DNA from: Corythoichthys intestinalis | Taxonomy: Eukaryota | Assembly: GCF_030265065.1 (NCBI RefSeq) | Contig: NC_080406.1 | Span: 15,977,094-16,041,093, forward strand | DNA: 64,000 nt | Direction of reading: 5' to 3' | In this document: piece by piece, positions 1 through 13,738 of the stretch | Layout: each line of letters starts with the position of its first letter | Position numbering within the stretch: position 1 is the first letter of the stretch | Notes under the pieces: generated by a model | Databases searched by the model: none | Seen by the model: only the letters and a program-made list of their open reading frames with translations | What the model was told of the DNA's origin: nothing | Translations under genes and position numbers: made by a program

Positions 1-654
1 AATGCTTTTGGTATTATACCTATTCACATGATTTGAATTTTGTGATGATGCGATATTTATTCTGTGGATAACGATACAGTATTTGCAGATATAAAGTCTG
101 CCACCAGTCGGTTTGATTCAAAAGACTGATTTTAATACAGTATGTACACATAATCAGTTCCATTTTACTCAACACAATACAAAGCAATTTTGACGTTTTT
201 GACAATTTAGATGCGGAAACAGCGGAATCAAAAACGGCATATCAAAAAATTGTATTGATCGATGTTTTGCATATCCATCAATTTGTTAATTTTTTAATCG
301 ATGGACCGATCCTAATGTATCATTACAGCCCTGGTCAAAAGACGTCACGGCAGGATATGGCCCCCCAACTGTGATTTCGACACATATGGACTAAAATGTT
401 TTAACCAGCTAATGTTCGCAACCCAGACAACAATATGCGTGGACATGTTTCAGTCTTCAAAATTAATCATAAAATTCCGCTTTTGAGGTGGATATTAATT
501 CATAGACCACTCAAAAGGATGGTGCAAAAATTCACTTGCTGTCTTGTTCTTGTGGAGGACACAAACTTAAATTGCTATTCCTCAGTTATATGTGGAGAGA
601 TCAAAATTATTTTTTGTCTCCGGGCTCATTAACTATTCATTTGTTCATCTTCCG

Positions 655-930
655 AGCCCCTTATTCCGGGGATGCTGGAGCCTATCCCAGCTAAATATGG
701 ACAGTAGGCGGGGTACACCCTGATTTGATTGCAAGCCAATCGCAGGGCACATGGAGACAACCATTCACGCACACTCTCATACATAAGTAAGGAAAACTTA
801 TTGTTTAGTTGGCCTACAAAGTGTGTTTTTGAGATGTGGGAGAAAACCAAAACACTCGGAGAAATTCCACCCGAGCACAGGGAGAACACACAATTTCCAC
901 ACAGAAAGGCCAGAGCCTAACTGTGAGGTG
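655..930. repeat. Fragment of a widespread teleost interspersed repeat (SINE/LINE-tail-like; motif gagaaaaccaaaacactcggagaaattccacccgagcacagggagaacacacaatttccacacagaaaggccagagcc)
   Basis: Sequence matches from memory the common fish repeat core (…gagaaaacccacgcaggcacggggagaacatgcaaactccacacag…). It has no coding potential, and the ORFs drawn across it lie in both orientations. Confidence 0.45.
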
Positions 931-3900
931 TACTTGCTAACCATTCATCCATCATGGTGCTGCTGGTTAATTAAATGCGTTTAATTGTGCAGTTACTCTA
1001 GTAATTGAAAAGGCAATATTGTGTCACATCTTGTTTGGGTACCAAGTGATAATACTTCATTTGAATTTGTTCAAAATGAGCATTAGATTGGCAATGGCGT
1101 ACCACAAGCAACACGTCACTTTTGCCCATTAATATTCATGACAATGGCAATTGTGGCTAGGCGGGTCAACCTCTCGTTTGTCCCCAATAGTAAATGAATG
1201 GAAATGGTGTACGGAACGAGATGTTTACTGAGCTAAACCTACCAATTCTGCCCGAAAATGTTGTCCCTGGTGCCAAATTCACTGGTAAAGATGTGGAAGA
1301 ACATACAAATGTTCGGTTAAAGTCTAAGAGATTGGTTGAGTGTCGCGGGCTGAAAAGAAAGGGAAAACGAGCCAAGCGGACCTCATCCAGAGGTAGCTTC
1401 TTTATTGACACCTTTTTCTTGTGTGCATTGCCTTACGCCACTGACAATTCTCCTGTTTCAACAATCTATCCTTTACCACAATATGCCCTGTCTTTCTTAT
1501 ATATTATATCTTCTGGTTGTCTTACGTCTCTGACCGTTCTTAGGGCCAATTTACATTTCTATTTTCGTGAGGCGATCACAAATGCTACTCGGTGACAGCC
1601 AAAAAACACTTAATTTTTTTCATTAATAACAAATCTTAATTCCATAATTTATTAACACTTCCCCCTTACAGTTGTTGTTTTTTTTTTACAACAGAAAAGG
1701 TAACAGTGGCAGTCAGATACCATTTTAGTTTTTTTCAGGTCATTCATTGTCAGACAGAAGCATCACGGCAGTACGCCACGCTAAAAAATAAGTAAAAATA
1801 TCCAAATGGCCTACCTCTTCGTCCTCTGAAGGACCATGGCCACCAACAAAATGTTTACTGCATATGAAATGTGAATGGCTTCACCTTGCCGGCATTAAAC
1901 TGGTCTTTTGGACGTCCGCGCAAGTTGATCCATTCTTCATATTTTTTCCTCTGAGTTTTTTGGTTTCGGGAAACGTATGAAGAAAACCTCCTTCATATTT
2001 CGAAATGTCTTCCATAGCAGCAGTGTTTTCTCGGCATGTTCTTTTTTGAAAATAAGCAGAAATAACATGATTTCTATGCGAGAGGGTGTCGAAAATGTCC
2101 CTTTTCCACATTATTATGGCGACGTCAAGGTCTAAAAATAATTCGTACTATACGCTATTGTGGGTTAGCAAAAAATGCTAACAGCTCCCCTTTCTGGTGA
2201 ATTTTACGATTAAAAATGGAAATGATACAGATTTATTAGCTATGCTCACTTGTTTTGTGAGCCTATAATTCACAAAGGCCTGTTCTTTTTTTTAATTTTT
2301 ATAAAGGTCTGGGCATGCCGCTTGAACCACAAAACGGTAACGAGCTACAGTTTGGTGCTGGAGACTTACCAGTGGAAAGCATGGAGTTGGCGTCAACCGT
2401 GACCTCAGGTGGGCCGGGACCCTTTGCATTGGGGCTGAATGGGGTGGCGCCAACCAACGGGCCGGTGCCCTTGGATCAGTGGGAGGACCAGGGGGGGCGG
2501 AACGTGTCCCAGCCTGCTTCTAAAGGGCTGGAGGTCTTCAATGTGACTTCCATGCAAACGCCTTGTCGCTGCACCAACTCTTACGCTTATTTGTAGAGAA
2601 GCCGCTAGTGTGTGGGTGTTTCATTTGTCTTGTACATATTTTGCTATTGTCCTGTTCTGGGTTCATTGTTAGCATCCAACATACATAAATGCTAATGTTA
2701 GAAAGCTTTGTGTAAGCTTTTCTACTGTTATGTAGCTAATACCAATCAAAATTATGTTAAAAAAGGACTTACTTTGCACAATTTTTTAGGACATTTGTAT
2801 TTGAATGGTAATAATTCGGCACCAGACTCCAGTGCCTTTTGACTGGGAGGGTCTGAGGCCCTTCCAACTCAAAAAGGATTGGCCGTCTCCGTAAATGTGT
2901 AATATTTTAAAATAATTATTTGTCATAATAAGTGGTAAGTAAACGGCAGCTAACCAGTCAGTGCCGTAGAATGTTCACATCAGACAGAAAAAAAAAACTT
3001 GGTTGACTAAATGTTGATTAGTAATTTTTGCAATTTACATGTAAGTAAGTATTTTGTAATTGGTTCGCTGCTCAAGATTTGCAAAAAAATTAAAAAATAA
3101 AGGAAGCCTTATTACTTGAGCTGTTATTGGAACACATGTGCTTTTTATCCTCCTGTATTGAGATTGCATAGTATGGGATTTGTGTTGGTATATGAAAGTT
3201 GGTGTATACTGATGAGCGGGTCTAACCTTGTAATTAATGATGTTGCGTCATTAAATGTTGAGCTATTTTATACACTGTTTTTCTTTGCTTTTTTTGACCC
3301 ATTCCCTGCTAGCTAGTGCTGGGCGATATGGGTCATTTTATTGCTCAAATAAATTGAGTTATTTCGGGATGAGTTGACTAATCGGCTTTTATAAATCGTT
3401 GTAAATGTTGTTTACTGTTATGTTTAAACGATATAATTTAACTGGAAATAAGTGTTATGAAATGCTGTGATTGTTTTCCAGTGAAAAGACTTCGGAATTC
3501 GGAATATTTACAGTAGATAGCCTCCCACTCACTTTTTTCCCTCCATCAAAAAATAAAAAATTGTACAGAAAATATTTACTGATTTCCTTCACGTAATGTA
3601 GTGTATACAGAGAATATACTATAAATAAAAATAATCCATGTTTTTATTGAATAAAAAACATTGTTTTTAAAACACTCATATGGTAGTCCCCCGGTGCTAC
3701 GACGTACCCGACTTGCGTGATTTCGACTTTACGACACCAGTGTTTCCGCTGCCGTTTTGTCGACAATTGCGATCTTATTTTTTTTATTTTATTAATATCA
3801 CATATAATACATGTTTTTGGATAGTTATTTTGAGATGTGGTTTTTTTTTAGGGGTACTTAAAGGGTTAATTCCGATATACGCGGAAATTCGGATTACGTT

Positions 3901-4440
3901 GCCAGCGTAGGAACAGAACTTGTTCGTAACCCTCGGACTACCTTTAATTTTAATGATAATTTTATTAATATATTTCCAGTTTGTTTTGTTGAGGGGAAAA
4001 AATTCTAGTCAATATTTCATATTTTCGCTTCATAATTATATATAGACTGCTGGCCAAAAGTATTGGCACGCCTGCAAGATAATGCTCAATTTCTCCCAGA
4101 AAATGATTGCAATTACAAATGCTTTGGTAGTAATATCTCCATTTATTTTGCTTCCAGTGAAAAAACACAAAAGACAAACAAAACAAAAAAAATCATTATT
4201 ATTTTACACAAAACTCCAAAAATGGGCCGGACAAATGGTTTTTTTTTAGGGGTACTTAAAGGGTTAATTCCGATATACGCGGAAATTCGGATTACGTAGC
4301 CAGCGTAGGAACAGAACTTGTTCGTAACCCTCGGACTACCTTTAATTTTAATGATAATTTTATTAATATATTTCCAGTTTGTTTTGTTGAGGGGAAAAAA
4401 TTCTAGTCAATATTTCATATTTTCGCTTCATAATTATATA

Positions 4441-6040
<1,600 letters not shown>

Positions 6041-6115
6041 GTATTTATATCTAATACATAAAATATTTACCATAAAGAGGCTCAAAAGCTTGTTCTGTTA
6101 GGTCTTTTTTTTAAA

Positions 6116-6686
6116 TACCGTATTGGCCCGAATATAGGACGGCCCTGATTATGAGACGACGCCCTCTTTTTCAAGACTCAAGTTTGAAAAAATACTTTTT
6201 GAATACCAAATTAATTTTTATACAGAAAATAATTACAGTACATCTGAAACAAATTATTATAACAATATATTTGAGAGAAAAAACGTTATTTTGCCTCATT
6301 CAAATCTTAATATCTGAACATTTAAATATGTAACTAAGTGCAATCACATTCGTAAATGAATGGCTTCTGGTTTTTGTAATGTAAATAAACCAATCTATTG
6401 TGATAAAACAACAAAATTGCAATAACTGCATTCACCATCAAAGTGAAGTCTAACTAACTAGTCTTGAAACAAATCTGAATAAGGCAAAACAATGCAATAA
6501 AATAATGCAAACCGGTTAAACTTGAGAGTAGCTGAGATCTGTCATGACGGAACATCGCTTCAATGATATCTGGCGTCACCTAGCGTCGTGAATGGGTATA
6601 ATGTCTAGACAGCGAATATAAGACGACCCCCACTTTTTCAGTCTTATTTCAATGCAAAAAACACTGTCTTCGGGCCAATACGGTAC
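6116..6686. mobile_element. MITE family A, copy 1 (~570 bp; TIR ccgtattggcccgaatataagacg / cgtcttatattcgggccaatacgg)
   Basis: Terminal inverted repeats are seen directly. No coding capacity. Three further copies lie in the window (20035, 29737, 60508). Confidence 0.75.
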
Positions 6687-7744
6687 ATAGTAAAAGTTCA
6701 AATTGGACTATGTTTTGATCAAATGACTTAACCATTAACTATCGAAATGTTAATTTTAATAATGCCAAAAAATTTATTGTTGATTATGATATGTATCGCC
6801 CAGCACTACTGCTAGACCAGCTATATGAATATTATTCAGAGTATTGTGGTGTTTTGTTAATTAGAAAATTTATATTAAAAACTCCCATTAACCAATTGTC
6901 TGCCAGAAGTCCAATCCAGTTCAACAGTTGATTCTATCCCGTGAATGGTAGCGAATGAGTTAAATACTGAAGCACACGATCCACGTCCTAGAAGATTAAA
7001 TTCCAAAAATTGGAACCTTACCTCGAAGCGGCATCTTGAGAACTAGTTCACCATGTCATCCAGTTCATACAAATGAGGTCGTGACCTATTTGGAAGCTTT
7101 TCTTTTAGCTTTCAAGAGACATTTTATGGATGGCAGTTCCACATGCCTGTTGAAACTTGCACACACGCTTGACTGTTTGTCTTTTCCCTCCCAGTGTCAG
7201 TGGGCATTTCCCCACTCGGTCATTGTCAAGCGCAGATTCTCTCGCCTGAGATCAGCCAAGTGGAGCACCAGAGGTCTGTTAAAGCGGAGCAGTTGTACAA
7301 CTACACCCTCTTCAGCAGCATGCTCCTCTACCACGGAGCCTAAAGTTAGATGACTTCAAAAATCTTGGTTTGCCTTAAAAGCCATTGAGTCATGAGACGT
7401 TAGTTCCAGAACACATTTCCTGTTTATAAAGGGCAGGCCCAGTGTGGCTGTTTTGTGTTATTTTTGTACGGTTTAAGTGGTTTTGAGTTGTTAACATGAT
7501 TGTTTGCTCTAAATCTTAAGTACGCATCTTTATTAAAGCACTGCCAATGTAAAAAATGATACACTGTTTTGAGTCTTGGGTGATTTTAATTATTTCTTTC
7601 TCACCATAAAAGTTAGGAGAAAAGCAGTAATGAAGTTGGATAAATTGTAGTTACGGTTAGTTTTCAAAAACACCAAGTAACTGCTAATTTCGGAAAATTA
7701 TTGTGAAATGACAACTTGAAAAAATATTTTGTTTCAATTTTTAG

Positions 7745-8010
7745 GTAACACTATTTGACAGTGGTGTCAATGCCGTCATAATTATGACAGTCATTATTAG
7801 CATTAATGAATGTTCAAGACAGATGTCATTAAGTGTCATCCGGCAAATTTCGTCACTAACTTCATTTATGTACAGTCTGCATCTTTTACATCCATTCAGA
7901 AGTGACAGTTTTCCCTATGACACTTAATGATGTGTCATAACTTCGCATTCATTAATGCTTATGACAGTCTCATGTCATAAATTATGACTGTCTAATGACT
8001 AGAGGTGGGA
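7745..8010. repeat. Hairpin or foldback MITE-like element rich in the tgtcataa / ttatgaca motif
   Basis: gtcataattatgacagtcattattagcattaatgaatg … cattcattaatgcttatgacagtctcatgtcataaattatgac form a long imperfect palindrome. Confidence 0.45.
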
Positions 8011-8870
8011 ATCTTTGTGCACCTAACGATTCGATTACGATTCAGAGGCTACGATTCGATTATAAATCGATTATTGATGACACCCCCTCCCCCCGCTATT
8101 AGCCTCTAATGTTTTGTACATTAGTTACAAAAACCGTTTAAAAAAAAAAAAAAAAGCCTCGCAAGCTTAAACGACTATTTCAGTATCAAGTTAACAGTTA
8201 AAAACAAATAATATACTCAAATCCCCATTCTGTATCAGCAGCTTTAAACTACATTCAATTAATTTAATGTTGTCAATCAACCGTTAAAGTTGTTAAAATT
8301 GCTCCTGTTATTCCATAATTTCCCTTTTGTCTACTTTCGACATGTGAAAGTTTTAAAACTATATTAAAGATAGATTCAAGTCAATATTTTACCGATTTAG
8401 GAGTATTTCAGATAAAAAGTTAATTAGGTTAGCTTGGAAGGTTCGCTACAACAGCCTTGCAGGGAAGTCTACTGTTTTAAGATGGCGGCCGTTTACTAAC
8501 ACCCGCATCTAGCTTTCTCTACATGTGCTGCTATCGCCACCGAGTCTCAAATCCATCTAGTTTTCGGCAGCAGTCAGGTATGTTGTTGTTTTTTTTAACT
8601 CGCGGCATAAGTTGAGCTAGAGCCATGAGTTGAGCATTGGAATTACCCGAGGGGCGGGGTAATGACAAGCATGATGTTTAGCTACTCTCGCTCAGTTCCT
8701 CATTGCGTCCTGAAGACCACGCGGCGCGCTGAGTGTGTTTTACTTCCGCTTTACTTGACATATTTCAATAATCGGAATTTGGATGTTTGTGAATCGTTCT
8801 CGAATCTTCCACGGCCGAATCGCGAATAATCTAAGAATCGGAAATTTCGCACACCTCGACTAATGACAGT
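8001..8870. mobile_element. Non-autonomous DNA-transposon-like repeat, family B (~880 bp), copy 1
   Basis: Begins agaggtgggaatctttgtgcacctaacgattcgattacgattcagaggct and ends …gaatcgttctcgaatcttccacggccgaatcgcgaataatctaagaatcggaaatttcgcacacctc. The termini are partly inverted relative to each other. The element carries a YY1-like aagatggcggccg motif. Near-identical copies lie at 47487-48410 and 48640-49135. Confidence 0.65.
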
Positions 8871-9829
8871 GTTATGGCAAATCTGATTTATTACTTTTGA
8901 TTTGTATTTCTCGCAAATATTTATTCTGACTTCATCCTCAAAATATTACGCCTGATTGAACTACAACTTTTAAAATAGAACTTGTAAATAGCTGTGTGTG
9001 TTGCTAGAACTTATTTTGGACAAGTAATACTGCTTTTTCCCTTAGAAAATGACCGCTCTTTCAGTGTCACTTTTTTGGGGGGGAGGGGGGGGGTCTAATT
9101 TCTACCATTTTCATGGGGGTATGAAAAAGTCCGTGCTTAATTTGTAAATCATAAGGTGCCAGAACGCAAAGTACATATGACAGCGCAGGGATAACAAGAC
9201 TGGCACAGGTCCCGGAACATACGCAGAAAATGGTGCTGAAAACAACATGCAAATGCCCACTTGCCATGTTGTGGGACTTATAAGCCTCAATTTCAGATAA
9301 TATCCATGGTATAAATGTTATTACAACACTTTACAATTAGTTAGGCAATACTCTGCACAGCATCATCTTTTTGAAAAAAGACAGTAAATGCAACTGTCTC
9401 TTTGACATGTTGAAATACCGTTTGAGCCTGGCTGTTTGCTCCCCAGATGCTGCAAATTTCCAAAGGCTTTTTTTTTTTTTTTTTTTATGTCAGGGGTGTG
9501 ATTATTGGTCCAGCTTTTCAGTGCATCAACAAATCTCCGACTCTTTCAAATGACGTTAATTTTTTATAAACAACGTGAATTCTTGGGATTTGTTTTGTAA
9601 ATGAATTTACGCATACTATTATTTTATTTTATACATTTTTAAAAAACCTTTATATTATTATTATTTTCTGTACACAAGTGGCGCCCTATCTGCCCAAATA
9701 AGTCCCGGAACACATCGAAACCAAAATCAACAGGTCCTGTTCGGGCAGGATCTGGCACAAATTCACCCTTTATGACAATCCTGGTTAAAGTTAATGTGTT
9801 TCTATTTTATCTAATGAGAGTTCAACAGT

Positions 9830-10060
9830 TTCATTTCATTGTGACTTCTTTTTTTGTGTGCATCAAAATTCTTAGGCGGTTACTATTAAATCACTTTCAT
9901 TTTTTCATCGGTTTGAGCCCAATGCTCATCATTTGTCCATGAGACCTTATCATCTGAAGTTTCTGAATTATTATATGATTAATTTTCAAATATTTTGATA
10001 CATGCAAGAAAGACATCAGACTAAATTATTTTCCTGGTACCAATATATTTTTTGCCTTTT
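9830..10060. repeat. Dispersed duplicate segment, copy 1 of 2 (~85% identical to 10880-11120)
   Basis: ttcattgtgact…catcaaaattc…ggtttgagcccaatgctcat…tttgtccatgagac…ttttcaaatattttgata…gaaagacatcagact…attattttcct recurs 1 kb downstream. Confidence 0.7.
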
Positions 10061-10769
10061 TTTTTTTTTTTTTTTTGTCATTGCATGTAATTGACTTTCC
10101 TATGGTATGTGAATTTAAAATTAAAACTTTTTCGGTAAAATGTTGTTTATTAAAGTTGTAAAACAATAAACAACAAAAATGAATGAAATGAACAAAATAT
10201 TTTTTATAAGGGGTCAAAATAATTTTTCGAACAGATCATGTGACTAGCACCACAGAGACTGTCATTTGCTTTGCTTAGCAAAAACCACCTCAGGATAGAA
10301 GAAACAGGATGCATATATGTAATTTTTTTTCAAACCTGAGCTTCCAAAAGCAACACCAACTACTGAGCGAGAACCAAGAATTGAAGACGTGGACCATGAA
10401 ACGCCGGAGAGCCCTGCCAAAGGGATGAACGGAGTTTCAGTTTGCCCCACTAAAGACGTTAACTGTACAACAAAGCCACCACCAGGGGTACCACATTCAA
10501 TGGACGACAATCTTGGCCAAAAGCACAGCTGTCCTAAGGAGCCTGATTTAGAATTCCCCTAAAAATGATGGGGAACAAAACAAAAAAATGCTCATTTTGA
10601 ACGCATTATTGTAAAGATTCCTGGCTGGAATATTCAGTCACAAAGGATGTGGCATCAACTTCACTAGGTAAGGCAGAAAAATGCGCCTTCACAAACGCAA
10701 GCGCACACACAACTGGGATGCGATTTCTGTATGTACGAGCATGGGCTCAGCTATCCGGGCATATATATT

Positions 10770-10870
10770 TTTATTTTAATTAATTTTATTGCTGACTCTG
10801 CGTTTCGGGGCCATCAACATGTTTTGCGTTAATTTTATCACTGACGCTGCGTTTCGGGGTCGTCAACATG
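10770..10870. repeat. Two ~50-bp tandem units (…ttattgctgactctgcgtttcggggccatcaacatgttttgcg…)
   Basis: Direct tandem repeat seen in the sequence. Confidence 0.7.
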
Positions 10871-10879
10871 TTTTGCCCC

Positions 10880-11120
10880 CCATTTCATTGTGACTTTTCC
10901 TGCATCAAAATTCCAATTCTTGTTACATATCCTTAGGATGTTACTATTAATTCTGTCTTTTATTTCATTTTTCATTTCTTTGGTTTGAGCCCAATGCTCA
11001 TTATTTGTCCATGAGACTATATCATCTAAAATTTCTGAATTATAATATGCTTATTTTTCAAATATTTTGATAAATGCGAGAAAGACATCAGACTGAATTA
11101 TTTTCCTAGTACCAATATAT
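10880..11120. repeat. Dispersed duplicate segment, copy 2 of 2
   Basis: See 9830-10060. Confidence 0.7.
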
Positions 11121-12169
11121 ATTTTTTTTAATGCCAAAATCTCTTGACCGTAATGCCCCCAAATCAAGGGCGTAGGTTTGCGTATGGACGGTAGGGACAT
11201 AACAATAGCAACTTTTCAGGATGCACAAATTGTCCCCACCAACTTTTAAGCAACCATATATGCATTCTATAATGAGTTGATTGTCTTCCCATATGTTGTA
11301 AGGATAAAATTGACCCTAATAATAATTAAATGAATTACTTTCATTATGTTCGGACTTACATTTACCCCTTTACACTTGCTGAATGTGCGGGTCCATTTTT
11401 TTCAGCAGGGTCGAGAACCAAAAAATTTTCCCCCTCAAATGCACATTTGATTGGCTGATGACTTCACCACCACCCACACGCACACTTACACAGCCCCTAC
11501 AGAATTCCATGTTGACGACATGCCGCCTCCTCTGCAGAAGAGGGATATTTTTTTTCGGCCAGCAGCAGCAGCAGCCACTGTAAGTAATGTAAAACAAAAG
11601 TCAATGTTGTGGAGGTGGGGAACACGCCACTAATTTTGCCACTGAAAGTCGGACCTGCATCAGAGTTAGCACAACATTAAACTGTCTGAACTTGCTAATC
11701 TGCAAAACTCGAGTAGGAAGCTGCTTAGAAGTGTCCTCCTACATGTGTTTTATACTTATGTTAATTAAACGACGGGAAATATAGTGAACTCTACTGGAAA
11801 CTAGAGAAAAAATATATATAACTTATTCTGAAAGTTTTCAAAATGTTTCTTCTGTAGCTTTTGAAAACAAAAGGTTTGTATCGAACTGTGAATCACCTGA
11901 ACAAATACACATGAAAGTTCGTGTATTTTGCATTGATTATTTAGCCTATCAATTAATTAGGTTCATATTTGTGTGAAATGTAGCACTGACCCCCGTTCAC
12001 CCAATCTGTTTGGTTTTAATAATGTCCCGTCCCCAGCAAATAGTGCACATGCATGCTGTTATATCAACCCGACCAATGTTGGGACCAAACCTACGCCCCT
12101 GGCCCAAATGAAATTTGAAAGTCTATTTGCTCATGTTTCTGTTAGTTTGTGGGAAGTTGACTTCATGGA

Positions 12170-12695
12170 AGATCGGTTTGACTGTATCTTTAAATAGAGC
12201 GGATGGGGAAGGTTGGCACACCCCGTGCTCACGTGTTTGGCCCCCGCTGAGTTGGCGCTCGGAGTCCGGTCACCTGTCAGGAACAGGCCCGACCTTCACC
12301 AACACAATGCTGCACAATCGCCACGTGATTAAGCCGCGCCCCGTCGGACGCAAGCATTCGCCGAAATAGGGGAGTAAAAATTTTATAAATTAAGGTAAAT
12401 ACTTTTTTTCTCTTGATTATTTGATGCACAAATAGCGGGTGAAAAGAGATTGACGTGCAGACAAAAATGGGTAGGTTTATAAATTTGTTTTATGCGATGA
12501 CTCTAGCGGCTAAGTGTAATTCAGTTTCGTACGCCCCTCTTTGTATTCAAACATGGTATCTCCCTTGTAAAGGGGAAGGGCTAACCAGACGGGATTATCA
12601 TAGAGAGAACGTCCGAACTAGGATGTTTTCAGATAAACGGAGTTAATTAACATAAACAACAGTAATAATAAAGTTTATATTGACAAAGTTGGGCC
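12170..12695 (+). promoter_or_regulatory. ube2a: Putative ube2a promoter and 5'UTR (CpG-rich patch containing a cacgtg E-box)
   Basis: The interval 12170-12360 is GC/CpG-rich (…ccccgtgctcacgtgtttggcccccgctgagttggcgctcggagtccgg…gccgcgccccgtcggacgcaagc…) and lies immediately upstream of the ube2a ATG at 12696. The TSS was not determinable. Confidence 0.4.
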
Positions 12696-12739
12696 ATGTC
12701 CACACCGGCTCGAAGGAGACTCATGAGAGATTTTAAACG
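12696..12739 (+). CDS. ube2a: ube2a exon 1 (MSTPARRRLMRDFKR), donor gtgagt
   Basis: ATG at 12696. The translation matches the RAD6 E2 N-terminus and the donor is GTGAGT at 12740. Confidence 0.9.
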
Positions 12740-13099
12740 GTGAGTTGCTTGTTTCCGCAGACCCCGTAAGGATTTGTTAAAAGTGGCTAAGCTATGTCGA
12801 ATCTCGAAACACTCGGGGGTGTTGTTTTAAATATTAGAATCAATTGAACATAATTTTCATGTGAAGATATAGCCAATATTATGTTCGTGTAGGCTAAAAA
12901 CTGTTCCTAGGTTACATTTTGTAAAAAGATAAGTTATGTGTACTTAAGTGTGGAACGAGCTAATATTTAGCTAGTGGAAAGCAATTGTTTGACTCGTTTG
13001 TCGATTGTTAAGTCATTTTTTAAACCCGTGTCATTGTTTGTGTGTTCCTTCGTTATGAACTTTTCGTAAATAGACAAGAGAACAATAGTGAAGGCTGTC

Positions 13100-13625
13100 A
13101 GCGAATATTTTGTCCGTGGAGTGTTGATAATTGCAATTTTACTTTACTGTTACCTAATTTAAAATAACCCCTACTTACTACTCAATAGGATAGAATAGCC
13201 ATTTATTGTCATTAACAATATACACTGTATAATTGTGTAATTGGTATCTTTGCTAATTCACTTAGCATATTGACCATTTTGTCCGTAGAGTGTTGATAAT
13301 TTCACTTTTACTTTACTGTTACCTAACTTAAAATGACACCTATTTACTACTCAATAGAATAGAATAGCCCTTTATTGTCATTATATAGTGTGATAATGAC
13401 AATAAGGGGCTATTCTATTCTATATTATTATACAAGGTGTATTTATTATCCACTGTATAATGACAGTAAAGGGCTAGTCTATTCTGTTCTATTGAGTAGT
13501 AAGTAGGGGTCATTGTAAGTTGGGTAACAGTAAAGTAAAGTAAAAGGGAAATTATCACCATTCTCCAGACAAAATGGTCAATATACTAAGTGAATTAGCA
13601 AAGATGCCAATTAACAGTGGTTGAA
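13100..13625. repeat. Composite repeat in ube2a intron 1: two direct copies (~13107-13250 and ~13277-13390) followed by an inverted copy (~13395-13620), forming a ~230-bp-arm palindrome centred near 13392
   Basis: The motif …ttactttactgttacctaa(c/t)ttaaaat…ctactcaatag(g/a)atagaatagcc(a/c)tttattgtcatta… recurs directly and then as its reverse complement (…taatgacaataaggggctattctattcta…tagttaagtaggggtcattgtaagttgggtaacagtaaagtaaa…). Confidence 0.75.
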
Positions 13626-13657
13626 CCCCACCCTATAAAATATGTCTTTGGTATTAG

Positions 13658-13738
13658 GCTACAAGAAGACCCCCCAGCTGGTGTCAGTGGAGCCCCGTCT
13701 GAAAACAACATCATGGTGTGGAATGCAGTCATTTTTGG
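13658..13738 (+). CDS. ube2a: ube2a exon 2 ([27 protein letters not shown])
   Basis: Acceptor ttag at 13654-13657 and donor gtaagc at 13739. The phase is continuous with exon 1, and the UBE2A-specific residues PPAG and IMVW are present. Confidence 0.9.

Noticed and set aside
11383-11633. A (CAG)5-containing ORF ending in a CAG…CCACTG|gtaagt donor upstream of ube2a, considered as a possible 5' exon
   Set aside because: Nothing links it in frame to ube2a exon 1, which carries its own ATG. It has no homology, and an isolated donor-like hexamer is expected by chance.
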